From positions 656,211,039-656,275,038 of the forward strand of contig NC_058132.1 in NCBI RefSeq assembly GCF_016433145.1: a stretch of DNA of 64,000 nucleotides. The letters run 5' to 3'. The notes under the pieces were generated by a model. It ran no database searches and was not told where the DNA came from. It was given only the letters and a program-made list of their open reading frames with translations. Each line of letters opens with the position of its first letter. Within the stretch, counting starts at the first letter, position 1. This stretch comes from Gracilinanus agilis. Lineage: Eukaryota. This document shows positions 13,513 to 25,473 of the stretch, piece after piece. Position numbers and translations under genes: made by a program.

Positions 13513-13529
13513 TACAGTAAGAGAGAGTG

Positions 13530-13725
13530 AGTAAACTGGAGTCAGGAACACATTGGCTCACATCTGACCTCAGACACTATCTGTGACACTATCTGTCTGC
13601 CTTAGTTTCCTAAATTGTAAAATGGGAATAATAATAGCACCTGCCTCTCAGGATTATGAAGAAAAAAAAGAGATATCAGTAAAGTATTTTATAAACCTTA
13701 AAGCACTATGTAAATGCTAGCTAGT
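13530..13725 (+). mobile_element. MIR-type CORE-SINE
   Basis: CORE motif cttagtttcctaaattgtaaaatgggaataataatagcacct. Confidence 0.7.
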
Positions 13726-13779
13726 ATACATACAAAATACAAACATACACATATGTCTATATAGAGCAGACAAAGAAGA

Positions 13780-13995
13780 TAGATAGAGCGCTGAGTTCAG
13801 ATCTTCCTGAGTTCAAATCCAGCCTTAGATACTTACTATGTGTGACCCCAGGCAAGTCACCTCACCTTGCTTGCCTCAGTTTTCTCATCTGTCAAATGAG
13901 CTAGAGAGGGAAATGGAAAATCTCTTCAGGATCTTTGCCAAGAAAATCCCAAATGGGGTCATGAGGAGTCAGACACGACTGAAACAACTGAACAA
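13780..13995 (+). mobile_element. Mar1-type CORE-SINE
   Basis: CORE plus RTE-like tail atctttgccaagaaaatcccaaatggggtcatgaggagtcagacacgactgaa. Confidence 0.8.
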
Positions 13996-14029
13996 GGTGT
14001 ATGTGTGTGATGTAAATACACAAATAGCC

Positions 14030-14900
14030 AGTCAACAAACATTTATTAAGGGGGCAGTTGGGTAGCTCAGTGGATTGAGAGCCAGGCCTAGAGATGGGAG
14101 GTCCTGGGTTCAAAGCTGGTCTCAGACACTTCCCAGCTGTGTGACCCTGGGCAAGTCACTTGACCCCCATTGCCCATCCTTACCACTCTTTCACCAAAGA
14201 GCCAATAACAGAAGTTAAGGGTTTAAAAAACAAACAAACATTTATTAAGTGCTCATTATGTAGCTGGCACCGTGCTAAGCCCTGGAGGGTGCAAAGAGGC
14301 AGAAAAGGGTCCCTGCCCTCTCAAGGAGCTTACAATCTAATGGGTGGAAAGAGAAACAACCTGCAAACGAACATGTACAAACAAGCGATAGACAGGATAA
14401 ATAACAGAGGGGAGGCACTGGAATTAAGAGGGGTTGGGAAAAGCATCTTGTAAAAGCTAGAATTTTAGTTGAGACTTAAAGGAAGCTGGGAAAGCTGGTC
14501 AGAGTTGAGGAGGGAGAGCATTCCAGGCTTGAGGGACCATCAGAGAAAATGCGTCGAAGCCAAGAGATGGAGGGTCTTGTTCATGGGACAGTCCAGGAGG
14601 TCAGAGTCACCAGATCTAAGAGTACATGATGGGGAATAAGATATAAGGAGACTGAAAAGGTAGGAGGGGATGAGGCTATGAATGGCTCTGGAAGAGAATA
14701 GTTTGTATCTGATCCTGAAGCCAAGAGGGAGTCACTGACATTTATTAAGCAGGGGAGTGATAAGATCAGAATTGAGTTTTAGGAAAATCACTTTAGTGAC
14801 TAGAGGATGGATTGGAATGGGGAGAGATTTGAGGCAATACTCCAGGGATGAGGCGATGAGGGTATGCACCAGGATGAAGCAGGGTCAGAGAAGGGTGGGG
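14030..14900 (-). mobile_element. L2 3' fragment interrupted by a young SINE
   Basis: The L2 terminus tcaacaaacatttattaag continues as tgctcattatgtagctggcacc after the SINE. Confidence 0.65.
14051..14232 (+). mobile_element. Young SINE-1-type element nested in L2
   Basis: Perfect 17-bp TSD aacaaacatttattaag (14034-14050 / 14233-14249). Confidence 0.93.
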
Positions 14901-14934
14901 GGAAGGGAATCAGAGAAGTTACAAGGTGAAACCA

Positions 14935-15088
14935 ACAAGAGATGCTCAAGAGGGGAAACTGGCACAAGATGCTGAGAGGTGAAACTGGCAAGAGATGCTG
15001 GGAGGTGAAATTGACAAGAGATGCTGGGAGGTGAAATTGACAAGAGATGCTGGGAGGTGAAACTGATGAAGATGCTTTAGAGGTGAGG
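14935..15088. repeat. 26-bp minisatellite, about 6 copies
   Basis: Unit caagagatgctgggaggtgaaattga; central copies identical, outer copies diverged. Confidence 0.9.
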
Positions 15089-16097
15089 ACAGGCTTGGAA
15101 ACAGACTGATATGGGCTACTGGGCACTGGACATGCGTAATATGTATTGGGGGTGCAAACCCATGTTTCCATCAGTTTAGGGAACTTCTGATAAGAAAACT
15201 CCCACCAATGCTGATGAGGTCCTATTTGGCAATTCACCATCTTAGAAAGTTGGGAGAGAGAACTAAAAGTTTAAGCAACTTGCCCAAATGGATTCAGATA
15301 GTAAGTCAGGGGCAGAATTTTACCCAGTTCTTCCTGTCATTCCTGGTGCATTAACAGCATCTCTCAAAGGTTCACTCCTCTAAGGGCCTCTTCCCATCCA
15401 CTTAAGGAGTTTCCCGATTACCGAATGAATTCTGCTCCACCCACTTCCCTCCCTTCTTGGGGTTGGAGTGGAGACAGCCAGCTCTCCCACAGCTGCTCCT
15501 CTGAGTCTCTTCTTCCCTCCCCTTCCCCTTCCCTCTCTGCCTCCTCCCTCCTTCCTAGGACTGGTACAATAATCAGCAAACAGAATGCCTGTTGGTCTGG
15601 TCTTTCCACCATTTTGGGAAGTGACTTCTGTTGGCTGCCAAGTATTGCCTCTGCTTTGATGAAATCAGTGTGAATGACATTGGAGTCAGACTGGCATGAT
15701 CTGAACTGTGGTGAGGGCAGGCTAGTAGGTCACAGAACCCTGACAAACCCCAAAGCTGCTCTCTTTCTTGTAACCAACTGAGAAGATTTCCTCATAGGAT
15801 CCCAGCTTGAGAGCTGGGTGGGAACTCTCAGGGTCACTTGGCTCAGTGCCCCCTCCTCTCACTTACTGAAGAGACGAGACCCTGGAGGCTTTCAAAGTGA
15901 TTTAGCCAAGGTCGAGTAGGCAGTAAAGTAGCAGAGGAACAGTTCAAACCCAACTCTTCTGATTCCAAATTGGCCCCCACATCACTCATATACCACACTC
16001 ACATGCCACTAGACAATGAGACAAAGCCCACTCCTTTACCAAGAAATCGGCCAGAAAGCCTTCTAACTTCTAATGCCATCTGGGGACCAGACGGAAA

Positions 16098-16155
16098 AGA
16101 TAACACAGGCGAGGCAGACAGATAACCTTATCTGTTGATCAATATTTTATTATCT
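16098..16155. promoter_or_regulatory. Cluster of four AGATAA (GATA) sites, candidate enhancer
   Basis: AGATAA at 16098 and 16120; TTATCT at 16128 and 16150. Confidence 0.45.
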
Positions 16156-16369
16156 CAGCTACTTACCCAATTACTGGCCAGACACACGAAGAGAGCCATG
16201 GAGACCTGTGGTGACGGCTTTCATGATCAGTGTCAAGAGGGAGGGAGTTTAGGGGCTGGACTCAGTCAGCCCTTACCCTTACAAGGGTATCCCATGGAAT
16301 GGCACAAGGTCCAAGAAGAGGCTGGCTGACTCCAGACATAAGGAGGGCAGGTATAGCCTGTGGCCACCA

Positions 16370-16560
16370 GGGCCCCCATAGTGCATGGAGCATTGGACCA
16401 GGAGTCAGGAAGACCTCAGTTCAAATCCAGGTTCGGATCTCCATTGGTTCCATGGAAGTCACTCAACTGTCGTCTCAGTTTCTTCAGCTGTAAAATGGGG
16501 ATAACGATTCCCAGAGCTTAGCGCAATGCCTGGCACATAGTAGAGACTTAATAAATGCTT
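16370..16560 (+). mobile_element. MIR-type element
   Basis: ggagtcaggaagacctcagttcaaatcc...ctcagtttcttcagctgtaaaatgggg...cctggcacatag. Confidence 0.7.
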
Positions 16561-16759
16561 TTTTCCTTCCATCTGACTCATTGCTGCCAGACATGTGAAA
16601 CCTAAGAACTTAGTTCATCATCTCCCCATCACCAAGGTAGCCACACCAGGACCCCTTAGACTCAAGCTTCTGAGGGCTTCAAAACATAGGAAAGTTTAAT
16701 TTATTTAGTAAGAACACACAAAGAACTCTAAGCTATAGAAAACCAGGGAAGTGGAGCAA

Positions 16760-16905
16760 CTAGATAGCAGAGTAGATAGAATATCAGGCCTAGAGTCCAG
16801 AAGACCTGGGTTCAAATCTGAATTCACACATTTCCTAGATGTGTGACCCTGATCAAGTCACTTAACCCCATTTGCCTAGCCTTTGCTTTTCTATCTAAGA
16901 GTTGT
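16760..16905 (+). mobile_element. Marsupial CORE-SINE, partial
   Basis: B box gggttcaaatctg and CORE gtgtgaccctgatcaagtcacttaacccc. Confidence 0.7.
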
Positions 16906-17854
16906 TACTAAGGCAGAAAGTATTAGTTTAAGGGGGAAAAAAAAGAAAATCAGGGGAGTTCTTGTCCCATTTTGTTGGGTGTATCTCCAGCTTCCCCAAG
17001 GAACATGGATGGTCTTTGAAGCCTGGTACCTCAGGAGTAATCTTCCATGGAGGTTTTCTGGCCTCCTCATATTGTTCTTTGGCTGTACTAACTCTCCATC
17101 AATGGTATTTGCTTCTACTCCAGATGCTGGTTCTTTTGCTGGCCTCTCTGATTCCCTGTTCCTTCTCTTTTTAATGGGTCTGCTACACCCTGACCTGGTC
17201 TCATCTCTCATATTCAGCTGCTTCTCAAAAAAACCCACCTCAACAATGAGAGGAGAAAGGAGGATCCCTTCCCTTCCCTGCTCTACCCTCCTCAATTAAG
17301 TATCCCTACCTGGGCTTACATCTAGGGGGTGTCTTCTGCTATTCCTACCACCAAAAGGTAAAGGAACTGAGGTCGGGAGGGATTGTCACTTGCCTAAGAT
17401 CACCCATCTAATAAGTGGCAGAGGTGAGATTTGAACCCAAATCTTTGGACTCCATGTCCAGTGCTCAGTCCCACATAATCAGCACAGTTTATTTAGCCTC
17501 TCAGTGACTGTCTCAGCGCAGACAGGAGTTAATGTATACTCCTTTTACCTAGTCTAATTGAGATGGTATTACTGAAGTGAACACGGGGTGTCTCGTGCCC
17601 AGGAGTAAGTATTCCAGATTTGCCCCCAGAGAAGACATCAATTAGAAATCAATGAGAACACCTTCGGTGGAATTCATGCAACAAACTGAACTAATTCTAT
17701 GAAATAGAAACCATCAGATTCTGGAGTGAGGGTGAGGACTACCAGAGGGGCCAAGGGAGAAGATGGCAGCCAGAATATTTCTTCTCTGAGCTCTAAGGAG
17801 ATGAGCATTTCCCTCCATCCCTTCCTCCCCTTCCTCTCCTCCTTCCTTCCACCC

Positions 17855-18037
17855 TTCCCTTCCATCTTAGAATCAATACTGTATTGGTTCCAAGTCAGAA
17901 GAGGGCTAAGGACTAGGCAATGGGGGTCAAGTGACTTGCCCAGGGTCACCCAGCTAGGAAGTGTCTGAGGTCAGATTTGAACCCAGGACCTCCATCTCTA
18001 GGCCTGGCTCTCCATCCACTGAGCTACCCAGCTGCCC
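17855..18037 (-). mobile_element. Long-tail CORE-SINE
   Basis: Full-length reverse copy ending in ctacccagctgcccc. Confidence 0.9.
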
Positions 18038-19422
18038 CAAATATTTCAGAGAGGAGGCCCGGAGCTCTGGGACCGTGTGTAAAAGAAAGCTTAAGAATAA
18101 CAAGTATCTTTCTGGTCTCTCTCTTCCCCGAGCAAGAGAGAGGTGAGAAAGTCTCTGTTTTTGGCGCCCAGGACCTGTGACAGGGCAAGTGTGACAGGGC
18201 AAGAGACCACTGGCCAGATTAAGGCAATGGGGGCCCCTCTAGAGGGCTTTGCTTCTGAGATTCAGGTCTTGCTTCTATATGACGCCCCTTCTTGAGGATG
18301 AAGCCGGCAGATGTTGCCACTCCCTGAGTTCTCCCCAGTCTAGTTCTTTTATGTACTGGAAAAAGCATCGACCCTGGTCAGAGGTTTGAGGCTCAGCTCT
18401 TGGCTTTCTAGTTGTGAGACTTTGGGTCAGTCATTTGTATCTCATGGCCTTGATGTCCCCATCTGTAAAAAGTGGGACTCGATGGTCTCTACGGCCCCTT
18501 CTAGCTTTAAAACTATGTTTCTCCGATCCTTCTCGTGATTCGGTGTCCTGGAGTCCATCCCAAATCTTCTTGGAAGCCAACTGCGGTGTTTATCCTGGGC
18601 TTTGGACTTTGGAAGAAAGACCTCAGGCCAGCATCAAATCACGCTATGGGGAGGGAGGGAAGAACGCCGATAAGGCAGCTCTCTAAGTCGAGGTGGGAGC
18701 CCCCAAGATGGCGCAATAGAATGGGGGGGACACATCTCGAGTACCCACCTTGGATTTCCATCCTGGCTCAGCCTCTTTTTCCTGGTGAGACACTAGGCTG
18801 GTCATTTCAACCTCTCTGTCCCTCAGTTTCCTTTTGTGTCAAACGAAGCGATGAGATTCGACGCCATCTGAGGCCCCTCCTAGCTCTAAGTCCCATACGG
18901 CGATCCCTGGCACCATCTTGCTTCTCTCCTCCTCGAGTCCCCGTCTGGCTTCTGATGACATCACCATCTCCTCATCTTCCTCTGATGGGGTTCCCATAAG
19001 GCCTAAAAACCTCCTGTCCAGGCCTGTCTGTGGGAAAGGAGAGGGACACATAATTTCATTTTCCTCAGCCCTCCCCCCCCATTCAGGTTGGCCCTGGCCC
19101 ACCCCCAAACCCTGGGCTGAGTTCGCCACTGGCGAATGGAAAGTTTTCCTTGGGAGACAGAGAGGCCTCTTTGTAGCCTCGGAACCAGCCCAGACCAGAG
19201 ATGGAAGGTGTCCAAGCTGCTGTGCCGCCCCGTTCACACATGGCTGCCAATGGCTTGGGTTTGCTGACAGAGATTCCTTTGTTCTTGATGATCAAGACCA
19301 CACAGGCCAAGGCCGTGTCTACACTAGCCGGAACAATCAAGCTGAGCCCCAGGCAATCCCCAGGCGGACGAGCCATTGGACTCTCTTGGGAATTTTCTTT
19401 CCGCTTCTCCCGCAGTCCATCG

Positions 19423-19477
19423 CGGAGCCCCGGTTACGCGGAGCCCCAGTTACACGGAGCCCCAGTTACACGGAGCG
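19423..19477. repeat. 16-bp tandem repeat, about 3.3 copies
   Basis: Unit cggagccccagttaca. Confidence 0.85.
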
Positions 19478-19816
19478 GAGGCAGAATTCACAGGCTCGTT
19501 TGGCCAGAACTGGAAGGGGCCTCGGCGGCCATTTTTGAGAAAGGTCTCCGTCAGAATCAGAGGGGTTGGGGGGCGTTGGAGGAAGGGAAACATGCCAACC
19601 AGACGGAGACGGGGAGGGGGCCGGGGAGCAGAGCCCACTCCAGGGCAGAGGACACAATGAGCAAAGGCCCCGAGGCAGAGGCCTGGGCAAAGATGGCGAG
19701 GAAGGCCCTTTGGGGAAGGGCTGAGCTCTGTCCAGGTGGGCTGGAGCCATAGTGTGGCAGGCCTGAAAACTGCTCCCAAAGCTCCTTCCCGGTGTTGATG
19801 CCAGCAAAGGGCCATC

Positions 19817-20007
19817 TTTTTTTTTTTTTTTTAAACCCTTAACTTCTGTGTATTGGCTCCTCAGTGGAAGAGTGGTGAGGGTGGGCCATGGGGGTCAAGT
19901 GACTTGCCCAGGGTCACACAGCTGGGAAGTATCTGAGGCTAGATTTGAACCCAGGACCTCCCGTCTCTAGGTCTGGCTCTCAATCCAATGAGCTACCCAG
20001 CTGCCCC
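19817..20007 (-). mobile_element. Young SINE-1-type element
   Basis: Poly(T) followed by a full reverse consensus. Confidence 0.92.
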
Positions 20008-20335
20008 TGAGGAAAGGGCAGTCTTGCTGTGGGTTTCATGCCAGGGGACCAGCTGGATGGACCTCTTCCGTCCACGTCTGCCAAGGGTGGTCAGGATTCA
20101 ATTCAATTCAGCGAGGGTTTGTGAGCCAGGGATGGTGGAGGCGCTGGGGATGGGAAGACTTCTGGGAACCGACCCGAGCCTCGGCATTCAAAGAGGGATT
20201 CCAGAGGGGGCCGAGCTCCTTTGGGGGCAGTCCTGATTAGGAAAGGTGGTGTGCCCGCCCTAGAGTCAGGCCTGGTGACCGCCTTGGGGAGAAGAGCCTT
20301 GACCGTCCTTCTAGCTGTTAAAAAACAAGTTTTAG

Positions 20336-20490
20336 GGGCAGCTGGATGGCTCAGCGGATTGAGAGCCAAGCCTGGAGGCACGGAGACCCTGAGCAAGTCA
20401 CTTAACCCCCACTGGCTAGCCCTTACCCCTTGTACCTTGGAGCCGATACCCAGTATTGATTCTAAGTTGGAAGCTGAGGGTCTAAAAGAA
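20336..20490 (+). mobile_element. Long-tail CORE-SINE with internal deletion
   Basis: Head and tail present; B-box region missing. Confidence 0.8.
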
Positions 20491-21280
20491 AAGGCAAGTT
20501 TTTGTGAACTTAACTTGCACTCATTCCACCTCATAAAGTCTTTCCTAACACGTAGCACTTCTTTAGTTGCACACAGGCTTTCAGAGGAGGTTCTGAAGGT
20601 TGAGGGCATCAGAGGGTGGTTCTTCTCCTTTGGCTCTCTCATGGTCCTCCCCACCCAAGAAGAAGCTCTTTACCCGGCATGGGTGCCAGACAGAGTCCTG
20701 GCCTTGGAATCGGGATCAGGCACCGCAGATACTTGCGAGGGGCTTCCCACCCCCTCAAGAGGCTCAAGAGGGGGTCAGGGGGGGAGCCCGGCTCCTAGTC
20801 TGCTCCATAAATGCCGGAACAGAAAAGGAAAGAACGTTTGGGCTCATAGATCAAGCCACTAAAACTCTCCGAGCCTCAGCTTCCTCATCTGTAAAAAGGG
20901 GATCATCTGAGCAGGATTCGATTGAAAATCTAAAGGGAAAATGTATCGACAGCAGGCAGCCATCCTGCGGATGAGGGTTCTGATCCCGGCTGTGGAAAGC
21001 ATCTCTTCATGAGGAGCTGGTAGCTAGAGCACCTGCCTGTGTCATTGCCTTTTATCCCCATCACAGCGCTGACAGATGGAGGCCCTATATGAATAGGGGA
21101 AGGCACCGAGGCCCGCGGAGGTGACTCCCCCAGTACCGCAGCTGGCACGCATCAGCATCGAGGCTCAAAACAGCCTCCGTCTCCCCACAACTGTGGGTCC
21201 AGCCACCTTCCACTAGCCCATGTGGGTCTCCTGCCAGTACAGACAGCCTTTCCACAGCTGATCCTGGGCTTCCCTATGCC

Positions 21281-21460
21281 TGTGTCCTCTGGGAGCCTCC
21301 TGTGTCCTCTAGGAGCCTCCTGTGTCCTCTGGGAGCCTCCTGTGTCCTCTGGGAGCCTCCTGTGTCCTCTGGGAGCTGCCTGCGTCCCCCTGGGAGCCTC
21401 CTGTGTCCTCTGGGAGCCTCCTGTGTCCCCCAGGAGCCGCCTGCGCCCCCTGGGAGCTGT
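21281..21460. repeat. 20-bp GC-rich minisatellite, about 9 copies
   Basis: Unit tgtgtcctctgggagcctcc with variant units toward the right. Confidence 0.93.
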
Positions 21461-21994
21461 GGGGTCTCTTCTTTGCAGAGTTTTGGTTATTGGTGTCACC
21501 TAGTGCTTAGCTGGCAAGCCTTGAAGATGGCACCTTCCCACGTTCCCCCTCCCTTCCTCCCTCCCAATCAGGGCTCCGGCTTCCAAGAAGAGAACATAAA
21601 CTCTGTTTGCCTGCATGACCAGCCTGGAACAGCCTGTGATGTTTGCGTGGCTCCCCGAGACCCGGGCTCCGAATGCCACGCTCTCCCCGGGGGAGGCTCG
21701 GAGGCTGAGAAGTGGTTACGGCGTTCCCGTCTGTCCTAGACACCCTGAACCCGGCCGCCTCCACAAGCAGCTCATCCCCAGGAAGACGCAGAACTCGAGA
21801 GAGCAGCACCGAGCGTTCCGATGGCCGTCATCCGCTTCATCCCGCCCACACCTGGGTGGGAGGCTGGGAGAGTGGGAAGACTCAGAAGTGGGGAGCAAGA
21901 GAAGTGCTGGGGGGCCCCCAGGCAAAGCCCCCTAATTCTCTGGGCCTCACACATCATCCACATAAAGATCATCCATTTAAAATATCAGCATAAG

Positions 21995-22173
21995 GGGCCG
22001 CTGGGTAGCTCAGTGGATGGAGAGTCAGGCCTAGAGAAGGGAGGTCCTGGGTTTAAATCTGGCCTCAGACACTTCTCAGCTGTGTGACCCTGGGCAAGTC
22101 ACTTGACCCCCATTGCCTACCCTTACTACTCTTCCACCGAGGAGCCAGTGCACAGAAGTTAAGGGTTTAAAAA
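21995..22173 (+). mobile_element. Young SINE-1-type element
   Basis: Near-consensus from head to cagaagttaagggtttaaaaa. Confidence 0.9.
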
Positions 22174-22920
22174 ATACATATATATCCGCATCCTTCAGAA
22201 AGGGCCTGCCGCTTCTCCAGGGCGAGGACCTCCTAGCTGGGCATCCCCCCCTCAGGGAGGAGGCGGGAGGCCGTGGGCACGGCCAGGGAGAGGCTGAGCC
22301 TCCCCCGGGGCCACCCCAGCCCTGCTGCTTGCAGTCACTTCGCCTCTCGCCTCCTCTTCCTGCTCTATTCATCATGGAGGCCTTTGCCAGCCTTCGTTTA
22401 GCCGAGCCGAGTCCACATTTCCCGGCACCCGTCCTAGCGAGGGTCGCAGGTGGGGCTGGAACCTGTCCTCAGCCTCCCGGTCTGCCGGGCCGCGACTGTG
22501 CAGGGCTCTTCAGGGGCGACGAGGCCTGGCATGGGGGTGCCCCCGGGCTCGGGGAGGGGCCTCGGAGAAGGGGTGCCGCCACACTCCTCGTACAAGCACT
22601 GCCGGGCTCCCTGGGGGGGAGCGAGCGAGCCGCGCGCCACGCGCCGCCGGCGGAGTCCTTTTGGTTAGTTTGTCTGGACTCAGAAGATCTCCGGCGTAGG
22701 GAACCCCCAGCGTGGAAACCCCCTTCGCCGGTGCTGCTGGGCTGCTCGCCGGCTCCTCAGAGACCCATCTAGGGCTGGGAGAGCTACAAGCACTTGCCCA
22801 GGGCCCACAGCTCGGATGAGTCCGAAGGAGGACTGGAACTCGCGTCTTCCGGACTTCGTAGCTCATCTCCATCTTCAGGTTGAAACTTTGGCCTGGAAGG
22901 AAAATAAAAATAATTCCAGG

Positions 22921-23050
22921 TTGTCCAGAGGCCTGAGTTCAAATCTGGCCTCAGATACTTCCTACTGTGTGATCCTGGGCAAGTCACTTGCTCTCACTTA
23001 GCCAGCCCTTCCGGCTTACGCACGTCACTAAGACAGAAAGGAAAAAAAAT
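22921..23050 (+). mobile_element. Degenerate marsupial SINE, 5'-truncated
   Basis: gagttcaaatctggcctcagatacttcctactgtgtgatcctgggcaagtcactt...ctaagacagaaagg. Confidence 0.7.
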
Positions 23051-23479
23051 CATCCCAGAGCAGGCCGGGAGAGCGAAGAGCGGCGGCGAGCACAACGGCG
23101 GCTTCTTCGGGGCGGGGACCCGTCGGTGGGGAGCCCGCCATCCCGGCTCCCCCAGAAACGGCCACCCGGAGCAGAGGCTGCCCCGCCGCGGGCCACAGCT
23201 AGCAAGGGATGGACAGAGAAAGATGGCGCTTGTTGGGTGCCAGCCAGAATCTCCCCCCAGAGCGCCGGCCTCCGAGCCTGCCCCGGGCCGGCGTCCCGGG
23301 ACCCAGAAAGGAGTCAGGACGGCGAAGCGGCTGTGGAGACCCCCAACAGCCTGCAGGAAGGAGGAGCAGCCGGGCTGAGAGGCGTCCGAGGGCAGAGTCT
23401 GTACGGACAGAGAATAGCCGGGCAGGACTCGCACTCATGTTCCTTCAGCTGTCACTATAGCTTGTGTAATGCAGACATC

Positions 23480-23992
23480 NNNNNNNNNNNNNNNNNNNNN
23501 NNNNNNNNNNNNNNNNNNNNNNNNNNNNNNNNNNNNNNNNNNNNNNNNNNNNNNNNNNNNNNNNNNNNNNNNNNNNNNNNNNNNNNNNNNNNNNNNNNNN
23601 NNNNNNNNNNNNNNNNNNNNNNNNNNNNNNNNNNNNNNNNNNNNNNNNNNNNNNNNNNNNNNNNNNNNNNNNNNNNNNNNNNNNNNNNNNNNNNNNNNNN
23701 NNNNNNNNNNNNNNNNNNNNNNNNNNNNNNNNNNNNNNNNNNNNNNNNNNNNNNNNNNNNNNNNNNNNNNNNNNNNNNNNNNNNNNNNNNNNNNNNNNNN
23801 NNNNNNNNNNNNNNNNNNNNNNNNNNNNNNNNNNNNNNNNNNNNNNNNNNNNNNNNNNNNNNNNNNNNNNNNNNNNNNNNNNNNNNNNNNNNNNNNNNNN
23901 NNNNNNNNNNNNNNNNNNNNNNNNNNNNNNNNNNNNNNNNNNNNNNNNNNNNNNNNNNNNNNNNNNNNNNNNNNNNNNNNNNNNNNNNNNNN
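23480..23992. other. Assembly gap
   Basis: N run. Confidence 1.
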
Positions 23993-24439
23993 GAGGGAGA
24001 CAGGCAGAGCCTCTTCCAAGCCCAGGGCTGCTTCTTTTGGGGACAGACGAGGGTTTCCGGCCCGGAGCTGGTCTCAGCCAGGCATCCCATCCCGCGGGAC
24101 AAGGGTGCCCCCTGGTGGCTGCTTCTGTTCACCACAGATGGGGATCGTGCTCGGCGCACACAGGCGGAAGGCTCAGAGGCGCAGCCAGAACTTGCCCCCC
24201 AGGTTAGCGCTTCCATGAGGGGGTGGGGGGGGATGGGGCGGTGCTGGAGCTCCTCGCGGGGTGCCACTAGCCCGGCCGGGAGCTCTCAGCATTAGGCAGG
24301 AAAAAGGAGCGAAGAAGCGCGAGGAAGCCTCCTGGGCTGTGGCTGGGCCCTTCCCGCCTCCCCTCCTATGACTGGTCCCGCTGGGCAGCCCACCAGCAAG
24401 GCGGAAGGAGGGGGCGGTGCAGAGAAGCTCCGAGGCAGC

Positions 24440-24590
24440 CTCCTGGCCCGGAGTCACAGACCTGGTTCTGACCCGACCGGAGGCACTTTCCAGCTGTGTG
24501 ACCCTGGACAAGTCACTGACCCCCACGGCCCGCGCTCACCGCTTAATGTCTTGGAACCAACACACAGCACGGATGCTAAGGCCGGGGAGG
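24440..24590 (+). mobile_element. GC-shifted long-tail CORE-SINE remnant
   Basis: cagctgtgtgaccctggacaagtcactgacccc core is intact; flanks are alignable but AT-to-GC shifted. Confidence 0.7.
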
Positions 24591-25219
24591 CTCCTAGAGG
24601 AGGGCAGCTCCTGGGTCAGAGAAGGGGAGAGACGAGACTCTCTTCCAAGCATGTCCTCTTCCCCGAGGGGGGGAACCCCGGAGGCTGCCTCTTGGAAGGG
24701 GGGAGGGGAAGGGGGGCTTCATGGACTCGTTCCTGAGCAGGTGTGGGGGAGGGGTGCTGGGGCTCCAGGAAGCAGCAGGAGGGTCTCTCCCTGCAGCCTG
24801 GGGGTCCGGGGCCCCTGAGTCACTTCCCTTTGCTCAATGGACAGGGGCGTGTGTGTGTGTGTGTGTGGGGGGGGGGTTCCATGGGGGGGTGTCGGGCCCT
24901 TCACGCCCCTCTGGCCCACCTCCCTGAACCCCACTCAGGCTGCTCTCCCAGCGCCCTCGGCTCTCCCGGTGGCCTTCCCTGCAGCGGCCAGCAAGACCAA
25001 AGGGCCTGCTGGCTGGAGGCTCCTCCCCATGGGCAGCTCGGCCTTCAAGGCTCAGGCTGTGCCTTCCAGTGAGCCGGTGGGGCCCCAGAGGTGGGACACG
25101 TACCTTGGCAGAGGTGAGGGACCCCGGCCAGGCGGGCATGGAGGGTCAGGCTAGGGTGCCGCGTCTCTTCTCGTCTCTTTTCTTTCTTCTTCGTTGCAAG
25201 GGCTGGTTTCCTGGGTCAG

Positions 25220-25341
25220 AGAGAGGGGAGGAGGGCAGAGACAGAGACAGAGGCAGAGATAGAGGGAGAGATAGAGAGAGGGAGACAGAGACAGAGAAAA
25301 GAGACAGAGACAGAGACAGAGAGGGAGAGATAGAGAGAGGG
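25220..25341. repeat. (AG)-rich compound repeat running into a gap
   Basis: Seen directly. Confidence 0.9.
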
Positions 25342-25473
25342 NNNNNNNNNNNNNNNNNNNNNNNNNNNNNNNNNNNNNNNNNNNNNNNNNNNNNNNNNNN
25401 NNNNNNNNNNNNNNNNNNNNNNNNNNNNNNNNNNNNNNNNNNNNNNNNNNNNNNNNNNNNNNNNNNNNNNNNN
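25342..25473. other. Assembly gap
   Basis: N run. Confidence 1.

Noticed and set aside
14935-15088. CRISPR-like appearance of the 26-bp and 20-bp repeats
   Set aside because: Head-to-tail tandem units with no unique spacers, no cas genes, and a vertebrate genome.
16883-17299. ORFs open on both strands (138 aa and 134 aa)
   Set aside because: No recognisable homology, no convincing splice boundaries, and one end runs into a SINE tail.
21152-21739. Repetitive-peptide ORFs
   Set aside because: They are translations of the 20-bp minisatellite.
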